Assembly: GCF_001194135.2 (NCBI RefSeq)
Contig: NC_068983.1
Span: forward strand, 105,450,036-105,514,035
Length of the DNA stretch: 64,000 nt
Reading direction: 5' to 3'
DNA from: Octopus bimaculoides
Lineage: Eukaryota
The notes beneath the pieces were generated by a model. It was not told the DNA's origin. It worked only from the letters and a program-made list of their open reading frames with translations, and did no database searches. The translations under genes were made by a program, and so were the position numbers. The stretch's first letter is position 1, and every line of letters begins with the position of its first letter. Below are positions 24,340-36,714 of the stretch, in pieces.

Positions 24340-27325
24340 GTTTCATTGTTTATTTTACCATTTTTAGGTTAAACAGGGTTCATGCTGATTAGAGAAGAAA
24401 ATCCTTTGTCTAGTCTAATCTAATTTAGTTAGAGAAGATATATATATATATACGCAACCAAAAATCAGTTCTCTCTCTTTGGTCTCTGGTCAGAGATCAT
24501 CTCTCTTTCTCACTTCAAGTATGTCTTTCGACGCGCAACACAAGAATCCTTATTTTTTCTATCTGCCTTGATTCTCCTACTCTTTTTCTCCCTAGTAGTC
24601 ACACACAGACGAATTTACTAACTATACAATGGACTATAGAACAACAAATAACCTGTGTGCAACTACAATATAGAAGACAACTAAGACGTTATCTTTACAT
24701 TATAACGATAATAATAACGATAAAAGGGCCATCTCTACAATCAATTAATATTGTTCTTCACTCATTCATTCGGTACATATATCTCGTTACACTTAACTGT
24801 TACAAATATAAAAGAGTAATTTATGTACTATTTTCTTGGAATATCTATCTCATCTGTGATAGCTTAAAAAAAGCCATTGCAATCATTTGTCTTTTCTTCC
24901 ATATCGCCCTACACATGCAGGTACAAGCACGTTTTATAGAAATTTTGTCAGAATGATTTGGCATGATGTTTAAAGAAATCATTTAAACTGTCTATTGTTA
25001 ATTTCATTCTTGAAACTACTCAAATATTGTAGTGGATTGCATCTATTTGTAGGTTATTGATTAATTTAAGTCATATCTTCTTTTCGATTGCTTTTATTGT
25101 TGGATATGACAAAAAGAGAAATTTTCCATTATTTATTAGGATCCTTTAAGATTAGGAAGATACTAGTCAGTGGGAAAAGTCAATACGGTCAATGTCCTGT
25201 GTTTGACGATAAGCCAAGGACAGAGAAGGAATTCCGTAATATACAATTTGGATGGGATGAAATTTTGATATCTAATACAAGACCTGCGTGTGTGACAATT
25301 GCGGTATTGGGAAAAGGAAAGGCAAATTCATCGAGTTGGTTTAAATGGGATAGATATAGAGCCTGTCTAATACAAAAGAGAAGAGACTTTTATAGTAACT
25401 ATCTTATAAGAGAGGGCTAGATATATACAGCTGTGGACCACTGAATGTAATGTTGATAAGTTAAGGCTAACTTATCTGTCCTGTGATTTTCATGAAATAT
25501 CTTATTATAGAACTTGATTTCGATTATGTAAAAAAAAAATCTGAATTTATTAATCTATGTTTCTTATTGGTGGTCTCTTGCAGTAGTCTTACAGAAATTA
25601 AAAGTTACGGCTAACAAATTCTGTTCTTTTCTAGATCGATCTAACTTCGCAACCTTGCGATAATATCCACTTAAGAACTGACTGGATTGTTTAGTGTAGC
25701 TATTCGGTGACCCTAAAGCTCTGATTTTGTTAGAATAGAGTCGTTATGAGTAATTTACATAGACTCCAGTTCTTTCCAGCCTTATCTTTTGTTAGTGGCG
25801 TATCGTGGATTTTGGCCGACCTTTACGGTTACCAAATTGACCGCATCCGTCCTTGAATGAAATATTTTTGACTACAGTAAGCACGCACATATAAAGTGGT
25901 CGCTCTATGCGGTTCGTGCATCCCACACTATGCCAGTTTTTCGTCCGTTTGTCGCAATGAAGAACTTGGATATATTTCAGCTCCATGATCCTATAAACAT
26001 TCAATCAATTTTACATTTGACATCCTTCACTTTAATCTATTCTATCGATTTTGGACAGCTGAAAGATTAACTAGACCCAGACAGGACTAGAATCATAAAA
26101 ACGTTGATTTCAAATTTATTCGCAACGATTATTTGGGAACTTTGTGTCAATAACTATTTTTCAGGATCTGATTGAAAATTATATGAACAACATTATTCCG
26201 CTTTATATTCGTATTAACACATTTCTCTTTATATTCGTATTAACGTTTACATAAATAAAAAAAAACGTCTTTATACACACAAACTAAAACAATATTAAAC
26301 ATTATTGATACAGGCATCAAATTTGAGAGAGAAGTATGGTCGATTATATCGTCTCCAGTGTTTGACTGGTACTTTCTTTTAGCGGCTTCGGAAGAATGAA
26401 AGATAAAGTTGACTTCAGTGAGATTTGAGCCCAAAACATAAAGAGCATTTTGTCATGCGCTCAAACAATGCCGCTAATACACCACCTTAAATCAAAGTAT
26501 CATATTAAAGTGCTAACGATAGATCCCTGTGGTGTAAAAAATCTGTTACGTTGTGGAATGAGAATGGTAAAAGTGTGTGTGAGACAGTCAAACGAACGTT
26601 ACTGGCACTTGCACAACGTTATGGCGCACGTACACACAAACACTCACAGATTACTATTAGCTTATTAGCCTGAAAAGGTTTCTCGTTAGAAGTTTCACCT
26701 TCCTTTTTCTGGAAATCCTCATAAAAATTTTTGGCATTTTCTTTTTTACTTACTGCCGTACTTGTCGGTACAAGGGTCGAGTGTGATCTTCGATTCATAC
26801 ACCCTAGAGTAGTTCTATTTTAAGCATCACATTAGATCTATGAAACAATAAAGCCCAAGCAATTATCGGAGTAATTTCTTGAGCGCTTCGCTTAATTTTC
26901 TGTATTGTTACATATTATTTCCACTATAAACATTGAAATTTTTTATGTTTTGACAATATGGCTAATTTTCATTCTTGCATCAAACCATTTTAAAATATTA
27001 AGTTTAATATCCTGTGTAATCCTTTTACGGTTTTTTTTTTTTTCGCACGACTACCTTTAGTTCCACTCGATGGTTTCTTTACAGACGTCTTGAATTGCAG
27101 GTAAATCAAACAGTGGCGGCGATCAACAATAGTCAATAACAAATATGTAGTAAAAAAAAAATAGCTCCAGAACAGAGTAAAAAAATTCTTGTTTTATTCC
27201 TATGGAAGTAAGAATAGCAATGAGAAGGTGATAGAGTGAGGTGAGAGGAAGTACTGTATAAGTTAATTGAAGAGTTACCAAGTTCGTAGACACTTCACCC
27301 CTTACATATGTGTGTGTGTGTGTAG

Positions 27326-27660
27326 GTACATGGCTGAGTAGTTGGAGTTTCGGGCTTACAATCGTGAGGTTGTGAGTTCGAATCCCGGACCAGGCTGTGT
27401 GTTATGTTCTTGTGTTTATTTCACATTGCTCCAGTTTACTCAACTGTAGAAATGAGTTGCGACGTCACTGATGCCAAGCTGTATTGGCTTTTGATTTTCC
27501 CTTGGATAACATCGGTGATATCGAGGTGGGAGGCTGATATGAATAGGCGACTGCTGGTCTTCCACAAACAACCTTGCCCGGACTTGTGCCTCAGAGAGGA
27601 ACTTTCTAGATGCAATCCCATGGTCATTCGTGAGACTATATATAGTCTTACTAGATATAG
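27326..27660 (+). mobile_element. tRNA-derived SINE, family C
   Basis: A-box TGGCTGAGTAG and B-box GTTCGAATCCC, followed by the body ttcacattgctccagtttactcaactgtagaaatgagt. Single copy in the window. Confidence 0.7.
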
Positions 27661-27877
27661 AAAAACTATATGTGTGTGTGTGTGTATGTATGTACCCGAT
27701 CCTCTGAGCTGTTTTCACAGCTACTTTCTTGCGTTCGAAATTCCCTTCATTTCTAAAATACATATTAATGTTTCGCTTAGGCATAACGATACTAATAATC
27801 TGGTGTCAGAGTTCTTTATACATATGCTTCAGAATAAAGTATTAGTTAAGTACAGAGCCTTATGCGAAATTAGATAA

Positions 27878-28081
27878 ATGACAAAAGAACAGGAAATCGT
27901 GCAATAAACTTCGTCGGTTTACAGCTGTTACTGCTATAACATGTCGTGCACTTCATTTTTGAAACTCCGAGTAAGCTAGGCGGTGATGCACAAGCACTCA
28001 GCTCTGAGTGTACGACATTTTATTGCAGAAACAGCTGTAGGTCACTAAAGTTCATTGCATAATTTCCTGTTCCCTTGACAT
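27878..28081. mobile_element. Unclassified foldback/MITE-like element
   Basis: About 75-bp imperfect inverted arms (gaacaggaaat..tgcaat..tacagctgtt..atgtcgt) around a spacer of about 55 bp. No clear TSD. Confidence 0.55.
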
Positions 28082-28098
28082 TCATTTAATGTCATATA

Positions 28099-28940
28099 CA
28101 TTGGGTGCGATGGATAAAGTGTCGCCAAAATATGTTTTCAATTTCGTGCATGCGCATTGTTTGTTTTTGATTTTGACCCTGCTATACATAGAGTAGTAAG
28201 GTCGGTTGGACACCAGCATGACGCAGTTTATTCTGCCAGAAATTTGGAAACGACATGATGTACTGCTTGGTATTTGCACAGGAAGCTCCAATACGAACAT
28301 TTCAGAGTGTTTTGGGTGTCAATCTGAGGACACGTACCGAGAGTGATACAAATCAAATATCCAGCCAACATCATGGTGTTTGGAGTGATCACTAGTGATG
28401 GCCACGTTATGCCTCCATTCATCTTCCCACACGACTTCAGAGTCAATACGGAGGCCTACATCAAGTGCCTGGAGGAAGTAGTGCAGCCCTGAGTCAAGAG
28501 AGTGACTGCTAGAAGACCCTATATCTAGCAATTGATTTCTGCTCCATGCCACACAAGCAGGAAAACCCTGTCATGGCTGTCAGACAGTTTCTGCGAGCAC
28601 ATTGCCCCTAACATCTGGCCACCTAACTCCCTAGACTGCAACCCCCTTGGGGCGCAGTTGAGCGAGAAACCAACAAAACTCCTTGTAACACCAAAGATGA
28701 ACTGAGGGCAAGGATTATGGCAGCATTCACCAACTTAAATAAGGAGACCGTGCAGAAGAGTCGCAGGAGATTCCGAAGTCGTCTGGAGGCCGTGGTTGAA
28801 GCCAATGGCGACTTTACTGAATAAATTTTCTCATTAGTATTTCAAGATATTATGTAATTTTGGTAATACGTTTGTTAAAATGAGATGTCAGTGTTATTTT
28901 CATTTTTGCGTAATTTGGACGACAGTTTATTCATCGCACC

Positions 28941-28943
<3 letters not shown>
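28099..28943 (+). mobile_element. Tc1/mariner (maT/DD37D-like) transposon, internally deleted, with pseudogenised transposase
   Basis: TA-flanked TIRs (cattgggtgcgatggataaagtgtcg / cagggtgcgatgaataaactgtcg). The C-terminal transposase reads IMVFGVITSDGHVMPPFIFP...SAPCHTSRKT..W.....IWPPNSLDCNPL-GAVERETNK...RLEAVVEANGDFTE*, with the DYYVW segment deleted. Confidence 0.9.
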
Positions 28944-29021
<78 letters not shown>

Positions 29022-29035
29022 GAGAGAGAGAGAGG
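28944..29035. repeat. (TA)n(GA)n microsatellite starting at the mariner TA target site
   Basis: Seen directly. Confidence 0.95.
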
Positions 29036-30249
29036 GAATGCTTATTGTGGCCCTAAAATATATACTTAGATGCACGTATAAATTCCGCCTTACACTCTAT
29101 AAGCGTTTATAGAAACGCATACTCAAACATTTGCATGCAAAAATAGGAGGACGCTAAACAAACATAGAAATAGACATAACACAATCCTGACTTGAGTAAA
29201 ACTTGTAGGTAGAATTAGTACCTCTTAAACCTAGAAGTTCCTTCTTATTTCCTTTCTCTAAGGCTGTACCTATAATTAATTGGCTCCAATAAGCGTACAA
29301 TGTACTAACTGAACTCGAATTATACCTTTTCCCATACGACTTTTCGATACACCAGCAAAGATTACAGTTTAAGAAAATTATTTATTTGGGTCAGTTAAGT
29401 TTATAATTATACAGTTTTTTGTCTTGTTTGTTATCAAGGGTCCGGGAACAGGAGGTGCAATTGCACCAGCTGAAATTTTATGGTGGTGCAAAATTCAATA
29501 TTGCACCCCCTGCTTACCTTTCCCAGGCTTAGAAAATAAGAACAAAGAGCTAAAATCTCTAGAAAGATATATTACTGAACTAAAGCATCCTCAACAATAT
29601 ATATATATATATATATATATANNNNNNNNNNNNNNNNNNNNNNNNNNNNNNNNNNNNNNNNNNNNNNNNNNNNNNNNNNNNNNNNNNNNNNNNNNNNNNN
29701 NNNNNNNNNNNNNNNNNNNNNNNNNNNNNNNNNNNNNNNNNNNNNNNNNNNNNNNNNNNNNNNNNNNNNNNNNNNNNNNNNNNNNNNNNNNNNNNNNNNN
29801 NNNNNNNNNNNNNNNNNNNNNNNNNNNNNATATATATATATATAAAACAACAACAATTACGGCCACTCTTCAATACTAGCACAATTGCTGAGATATTAAA
29901 CTCTACAATCAAAAGCCCTTCACTCTGTAATTACTCACTTCCTCATTTCCTCAAAATACCACAAGTGACCCCACCATTATCATTGTCATCATGTTTTACT
30001 GCTACTACCCTTACCACAACAAAGCAATAGCAACAAGATCAGCATTGGCAGTTACTCTTCTAGAGTGTTCTGCTAGAACAATTGATGACCTGTTAAACAA
30101 CACAGTCCCTGGCTCTTCTCCACAGTCAGGCCACTCAAATTTTTCTTAGAATAATACAAGAGATCCATCATCACCATTGTCATCCTATTCTACAGTCACT
30201 ACGATTACCACTACTACTACTGCAATTAGTGAAGATCCACTCCTTTATC

Positions 30250-32060
30250 CCCTCCCCCCCGCCAACCTCACTTTCCACTTCAATCTAAATGTACACCCGA
30301 CAGCTCCATGATAAATCTGCTAACTGTAAGTAAAGTAAAATTATGAACACATGAAACCCCAAAATATGCTGCTGTTCTCAACGCGAGAGACTGCATACGC
30401 AGTGATTGTAGCTTCACCCATTTACCTGAGACGAGATACACAATTCGTACAAGCAATACCAGCCAACGCCAAACCACACATCTTACAACACCACCACCAC
30501 TGCTAAATTCTAAATAACACTTTATAAGTTCTACACATGTAACCCGGAATCCTAAAATCTGTTACTGTTCCCAACACGAAAGATTATGTCTGATGTGTGA
30601 CTCTCCCTTCACTCATCTTCCAGGGACTCGATGCACTAGTAAAAGCATGACACCAAACCACCACCAAATCCACAGTAGAAACATCCCTTACAGTGGCAGT
30701 GTTGGTCCAGACTTCCATCGAGACCCAGAAATCACCCAGCTATCTACTATAAAATCAACAGCTGCAAACCATATAACTATAACCATATTCAATAGTGCAA
30801 TCATACCAACTCTAGGCAACAACCCCTCCCAAAACAAGAAAATTCTTTTTTAACCATGATGATTTTTTTAAATACTTCTAGCACCAACAACTGCTATTAC
30901 CCCTGTGCACAACCACACCATTGTTGTCATTGACCCACAAACTCAACTTTATAATAATGCCGAATGTACAAGGTCTTTCACACTTCACAAATCGAACAAA
31001 AGTATCATCTCTTTGAGACTTTGCAAAGCGAGAGAGACCTCGTACAGCGAGAAAAGACAATATGTGTGACATTAAGTGAAATACACCTGATCTGACATAT
31101 TAGATGCGGAAGTACAAGTCATGTACTACTCAGAACTGACCACAGGATACGGAAACAAGGAGAAATAGCGATCTTCATGCAAGAAAACCGAGCAACAAAT
31201 GTCCTCTCCTACTCCAACACAGTGTGCGATATACTAATAATGCATGTGATTGACCTCAACTTGATCAAAGGCGTTACCTACTGTCTTCCTGATGCAGCTA
31301 ACCACGAAGATCACTTCAAAGATGTTTTGTCGCTCATAAGCCAAACCTCAAATGAGGCCAGCCCACAGGCCAATGTACTTTTAGTAGGGGAGTTTAATTT
31401 TCCTAGTCTCAGCTGACTTGAGGACTGTATCCAACCTGAAATTAAACAACTGAACAGGACAGATATGAATGTTCTCGGTACTTCTTAAGGCTTCTTCATG
31501 CAACAAATCATGACCCGTCCGCGTCCAACTAGGGGAAATAACATACTCAACCTTGTCTTTACCACCAATACACACTTCATTCGCAATGTTCAGGTCATTC
31601 TCACAGCTATTTCCGACCACAACATTATACAATTATCTGTATATGGTTCAAAAAGGACAACACACAAATAGCATCAAACATGACACGCTGCTCATGAACT
31701 TGAATTTCAGGAAAGCCAAATGGAAGGAAATCGAAACTGAAATCCTCGAAACAAACTGGTCTCAGCACATTGGCAACCCCAATGTTAACGAGGGAATGAA
31801 GAGTTAATCAGGATCTGTTGAAAGCATATCCCATATAAACACGCCTATTTCCGCAAGCACTTGATTCTGTGAGATAGACGGATACAAATATGTGACAGAA
31901 CCAAAACAACTAAAAAACCAAACTCTCTCTCAACAGATGACATTGAGAAGTAAAAAAAAGAACATCGAACTGGACCTAAAACTATCTCATGAAAAAGAAA
32001 CTTCGTTAAGGGAACAACGAGCAGCGTAAGATATAAAATCTATTTTAAAGTTTTATTTCC
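30250..32060 (+). mobile_element. Decayed 5' half of a CR1-type LINE (ORF1 remnant plus ORF2 AP-endonuclease)
   Basis: APE-like motifs DILDAEVQ, LSYSNTVCD, VTYCLPDA, VLLVGEFNFP, PTRGNNILNLVFT, ISDHNII, NFRKAKW. Duplicated Cys/His ORF1 motif DCSFTHLPETR / CDSPFTHLPGTR. Multiple stops. Clade assignment is from motif recall. Confidence 0.75.
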
Positions 32061-32411
32061 ACTTTGCTAAGATTTCCCAAAAAAAAACAACTACTTTCTA
32101 AAAACATGCTTCCTCTACAAATACCAATATCTACAGAAGTTAAAAATCAAATACAACAAACTTCACCAGTTTGGAAGATTACTGAAAATGTTATAACATT
32201 TTACACCGCTTCCTTGGACCAGTAATTTAATCACAGTATTAAATATAAATTATGGATACACAAACTTTGGCACAAAGCCAACAATTTCAGGAGAAAGTAT
32301 ATGTCGATTACATCGATCACTCGATAATCAACGGGTACTTATTCTATCGATCTCCGAAAGGAGATGAAAGGCAGACGACCTCTGCAGAATTTGCACACAG
32401 ACCGTATAGAC

Positions 32412-32680
32412 CAGTGGTTTCCAAACTTTTTCTAGCTGCCACCCCTCTTGACACCCAGGCCACATTCCTACCGCCGCCATCTCGTCTAACATTCACAAAC
32501 ATAGACCTTTTTCTAAAGCAAATTCAAAGCAACTGTATTTCACAAATAAAACTTAACCTAATGAACCCATTATTTTTACATGAATCGCTACCCCCATCAT
32601 CTCCCCACGTTTCTTCAACGTCCCCTTGGAACTTTCCACCGCTTCAAGTGGGGCAATACTGCCCAGTTTGAGAACCACTG
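32412..32680. mobile_element. hAT MITE nested inside a minus-strand family-B SINE
   Basis: TIRs cagtggtttccaaac / gtttgagaaccactg; perfect 8-bp TSD GTATAGAC; SINE halves on both sides (~32320-32411 and 32681-32750). Confidence 0.9.
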
Positions 32681-32940
32681 GTATAGACGGACGAAATGCT
32701 GCAAAGTATTTTCCCCGGTGTGCTAATGATTCTGCCAGCTCACCACCTTTAAAAAGAAAAAAATAATAATATATCGAGGTGTAGAGTGGATCTGCGTATT
32801 GTCAGAAGTTTTATTTTTCCATTTTCATTTTTTTACGCATGCTAATTTTTTTTATTTCTTCACAACACCTAACATCTGAGTAGAAGTAACAAAGAGTTAT
32901 CGTTCCTGACAGGTGTTTTATTATCAACGAAGGTCGTAGC

Positions 32941-32961
32941 ATGTCTACAATTGCTCTGAAG
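32941..32961 (+). CDS. HSD17B10: HSD17B10 coding exon 1 (MSTIALK)
   Basis: ATG TCT ACA ATT GCT CTG AAG|gtaaac: phase 0, same layout as human exon 1 (MAAACRSVK|GLVAV). Gives a 259-aa product with exons 2-5. Confidence 0.75.
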
Positions 32962-35453
32962 GTAAACTTAAGCTGCTAGCTTTTGATATTGCATTTCATA
33001 TTTCTTTTTGTTCTTACCAGCTGAATGTTATTTCATAGTAGTCAGTCTTTGTATATTTACGCCTTTAATATAGCATTCCATCTTTATATTCGAACATTTC
33101 TTTTATTGTCTTCGAACACGTGGCGTAACTTTAATGCGTTTTTTTTTCTTCCTCGACTAAGGAATTATCTCTGTAATATTTACATTTTTTACTGTAAATA
33201 AATGTATTGTCAATTCCATATTGCTTATTTAATACTTGTTTCTGATAGTGCTCAATTCAGTTTTTTTTTTCCTCCTGTTTTCAAAATATCTTTTGTTCTA
33301 AACGGAGACGTCTTTTTTAAGAATGGTTCAACACAACTTCGAGAGCCACGAATTGCCTTGATGTAAATTGTGTAGTATTCAACTCGGCTCTGTAAATTTG
33401 GACTGAGTATTGATAAAATAGAAATATACTTCTAAGAAAACTCTTGCAAATATAATTACCGGTGTTGTTGACAGCAGTTGTCTTGTGGATATTGTCATTG
33501 AAAATGTAAGAACATTAAAAACAGAAAATATCAGAATTTATTCTCATTAATTGTTAACAAATAGGTGATTCGAGAAAAACCTTAACATGTTAGGGTGGGG
33601 GTTCCTCTTAAGTCAAACAACTAAAAAATAATATCCCCGATGTAATTATTGACCTTAAAGACGCAATTACTAATATACACGCCCTCTTGTTAATGTAGTT
33701 ATGCCCTTTTGGCATAACTAATAAACGTTTACTTTTGACAGTTTTTGAAAGAAATGTGTTTGCTCGTTTCTTTTGCTATATCTACCAGCCACTGCTCAGT
33801 ATGAAATTTGACCTTATATCTCAAGCCATAGCGAAAGTCGATTCTTTAGTGTTAATAAAGAACCCAGTATGCGAACAATGAAGAATTATGTTATCTTAAG
33901 CCGGTATCATTTTAGTTGGTTCATTAAAATTTTTAAATTAGGAAAAATACATAATACGAGCTCTGCTGCAAGACCAAATAGAAACACGAGTCATGTAATA
34001 ACTTTCGAAAGTTATCTTATATATTTTATATTTATATTGTTATATTTATCTAAATTTTCTAAAATAAAATAATTTTATAGGTGTTATATTTCAGATTTTG
34101 GCCAATCTAAGGATTAATTTCTGTAATGCATGTCTACGTGCAAAAAAACGGAAGTGGTAAATTACTTAGTGAATAATAATGTATTATATAAAAAGAACAC
34201 TGAGAAACATGATACAGATTTTGACCTTATGACCAAAAGTTAAAATTTTGCTGAAAGTAAACTGAAGCTATATTCCAGACTTCAAGAAGATATTTTTTTC
34301 TGTTGCTTTTAAATTAATTCTCTATAAAATATATTTAATCCTTTTGAAATATACTATGTTTTGATTTATTTCTCAAACAATCTAAAAGTATTTGAAAGGG
34401 TCTTGGTAAAATGATTTTTTCATCATTGAGCTAGTGTTTCAAACATGATTCAAAAATTTCTAACACAGGATTATTATGGAATACTTGAACTTCTTAGTAC
34501 ATGAAAGATCTAGTATAACACCTGAGTTTTTGTGGGGTTTAGCCCTTTCATTGCATATTTCTTATGAAATATATTGTCTGTTTTAAAATTAATTTTGAAA
34601 GCAATCAAGAATTTGGAGGGACTTAGTAAAATAGACACCTTACTCAGTTGTTTGGGATATGCAATATTCTGAGGTAAAATTATGATTGGCAGCTTTAATT
34701 TCAATACGATCTATTGTATCGTACAACTTTAGTCTCAGGAATGTTGATATCAAAAAGGTTGAATACACTTTAGTTTAGAGGAAATGAAACAGTACCTATA
34801 ATTATTGCAAGCCATGCCAGGCTGGTGAGACCAGTGCAGTTGATGTTCTCTAGGTTGAACCTTGTAGAGAAGCTGTGGACAAGGAGGGAGATCAAAGCAT
34901 TTCTGGAGTTAAAGGTTTGGATATGTTTAATGCAGACTTTGGTAAGTGAATCAAAGATAAGATGAATCAGATGGTACAGTTTGCTTGTTCATATGAACAG
35001 GATCCATTGTTCAGCTCGATGTCAACATTGATTGAGCAGACATGATCAAAACTGTCCCATCTGTGTTCAATCTTTTCAATAATTTGAGGCAGATTTGCCA
35101 ACTATATATATAGCAGGTCCAAGATGAGATTCAGATAGAGAGTATAAAACTTCAATGTGTAAGTGTAACACCAGGAGATATTTACATTGTAGAACTTATC
35201 CAGAAGACTGGAGTTGGGCATTTCCTAAAAGACAAAAATTGTGCTTAATACTCACAAGTCCAACGTGACAGTTTCTTATTGGTACCTCATATTTATAGGA
35301 AACTTGACTTTAAAATTATCTCCAAAACAGACGATGCAATACTAACCAGAAAAACTTCTCTGATGTACTAACCCTATTATCATGAATCATATTGACTTTT
35401 TTCTAATTTCTTATTTACTAAATTATTTGTACATTCCTGGTTTATTTCACTAG

Positions 35454-35618
35454 GGCCTGGTTGGATTGGTGACTGGTGGGGCATCCGGTTTAGGTCTTGC
35501 AGCTGTACAAAGACTGGTACAACAAGGATCTCGAGTTGTCCTGTGTGATTTGCCAAACTCCAAAGGAGCTGAAGTTGCAAGCAAGCTTGGAGGAAACTGT
35601 ATCTTTGCACCAACCGAT
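35454..35618 (+). CDS. HSD17B10: HSD17B10 exon 2 ([55 protein letters not shown])
   Basis: Splice sites ttcactag| and GAT|gtaagt; 165 nt. Contains the SDR Rossmann motif TGGASGLG. Confidence 0.96.
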
Positions 35619-36714
35619 GTAAGTTACAAAATTAGCAATATATACTGATGTAATAATTATTTTACTTTTTTTTTTCAGATTTGTTTTGTTAGGATCTTTA
35701 TCATTTGTAACAGGCTTATGAATTGTTGGTGCAATATTTTTTTTATTGTTTGTTTAGCTTTTAGTCACACCACAAAAATTCGAAATAATGGATTAATGAG
35801 CTCCTAAATACATGACAAAATGTCTTGAGTGCAGCCTCTCCCACCACTCTGTTCTGACTAAACTGTTAAAAAAAATATAGGCATACTCATGGAATGGATA
35901 ACTGCTACTTGGTTGTTGGAGGATTAGTTGTAGGAAGAACATCCTGCTCTTAAAATAATTATTTCAATATGCATATGATCAAATTTGTAAAAACCATCCC
36001 AATCATTCTATCACCAGCATTCTTCATTTTACATGTGTATTTTCGTGCTTGCAAGAGATGGACTTACGCTGTACATAACTTGACAGCTTGTTCTGTCTAT
36101 CATTTTCTTCATGTTGTTCAGGGTTCTGAAATAAGATTTAGCCACTTCTGCCCATGTCCATCTTGGTCTTCTATATTATCACTGAAAAATGAAAAAGTAA
36201 ATAAAAATTTATGAGTATCAATGTATTTCCTAAACTTCTTGTATATTAGTTTTTAAGGTTGACAATTATACTCATTTTCTTCCTTGTGTGCTCATGTTAA
36301 AATGCTTTGAAGGTTATCAACTTCTATTAACAGCCAACTTTTGATTCTTTTGCGTTTGGCCATAAATATTATATGGCCTACAATTATATCATATCATATA
36401 TCATATACATATTAAGACATCCCCATGTACTTTCCCATTCCCATTACTTTTGGTGCTCATGTATGAACAAATTAAACAATTCATGACACAAAAGACCATC
36501 TTAAAGGTATCAACTGCTCAATAACCACAAATACATTACATCTGAAAACCTTTTAGAAAATGTCCAGGACTCACCAAGAAAACCTCAGTGGCTCACCTGT
36601 TGCTAATTCCTATTGTAGATTTCGAAATTCAATATTAACAATAAACCACTATTGACAATTCATTAACTACTTTTCTGTTCCTTATTTATCCTTTCTGTGC
36701 TTTCTCATTATAAG

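Noticed and set aside
25088-25420. 110-aa plus-strand ORF
   Set aside because: No recognisable domain or splice context; TTG start; probably chance or highly decayed repeat.
25792-26004. ORF with VGCTNR (THAP-like start) and GCGQFG (knuckle-like)
   Set aside because: The remaining THAP residues (Pro, Trp, CxxH-F) and full knuckle spacing are absent.
27326-27400. tRNA gene
   Set aside because: A/B boxes are present but the cloverleaf is incomplete and it continues into a SINE body.
28028-28045. GAAACAGCTGTA as a hammerhead stem III
   Set aside because: No upstream CUGANGA core; explained as part of the 27878-28081 foldback arms.
29437-29515. Harbinger-like MITE end with ggtgcaa/ttgcacc hairpins
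   Set aside because: Only one putative end, with no partner TIR or TSD visible before the gap.
35040-35110. Minus-strand IEHRWD as a Tc1 transposase motif
   Set aside because: Too weak; no SPDLNP motif or TIRs nearby.
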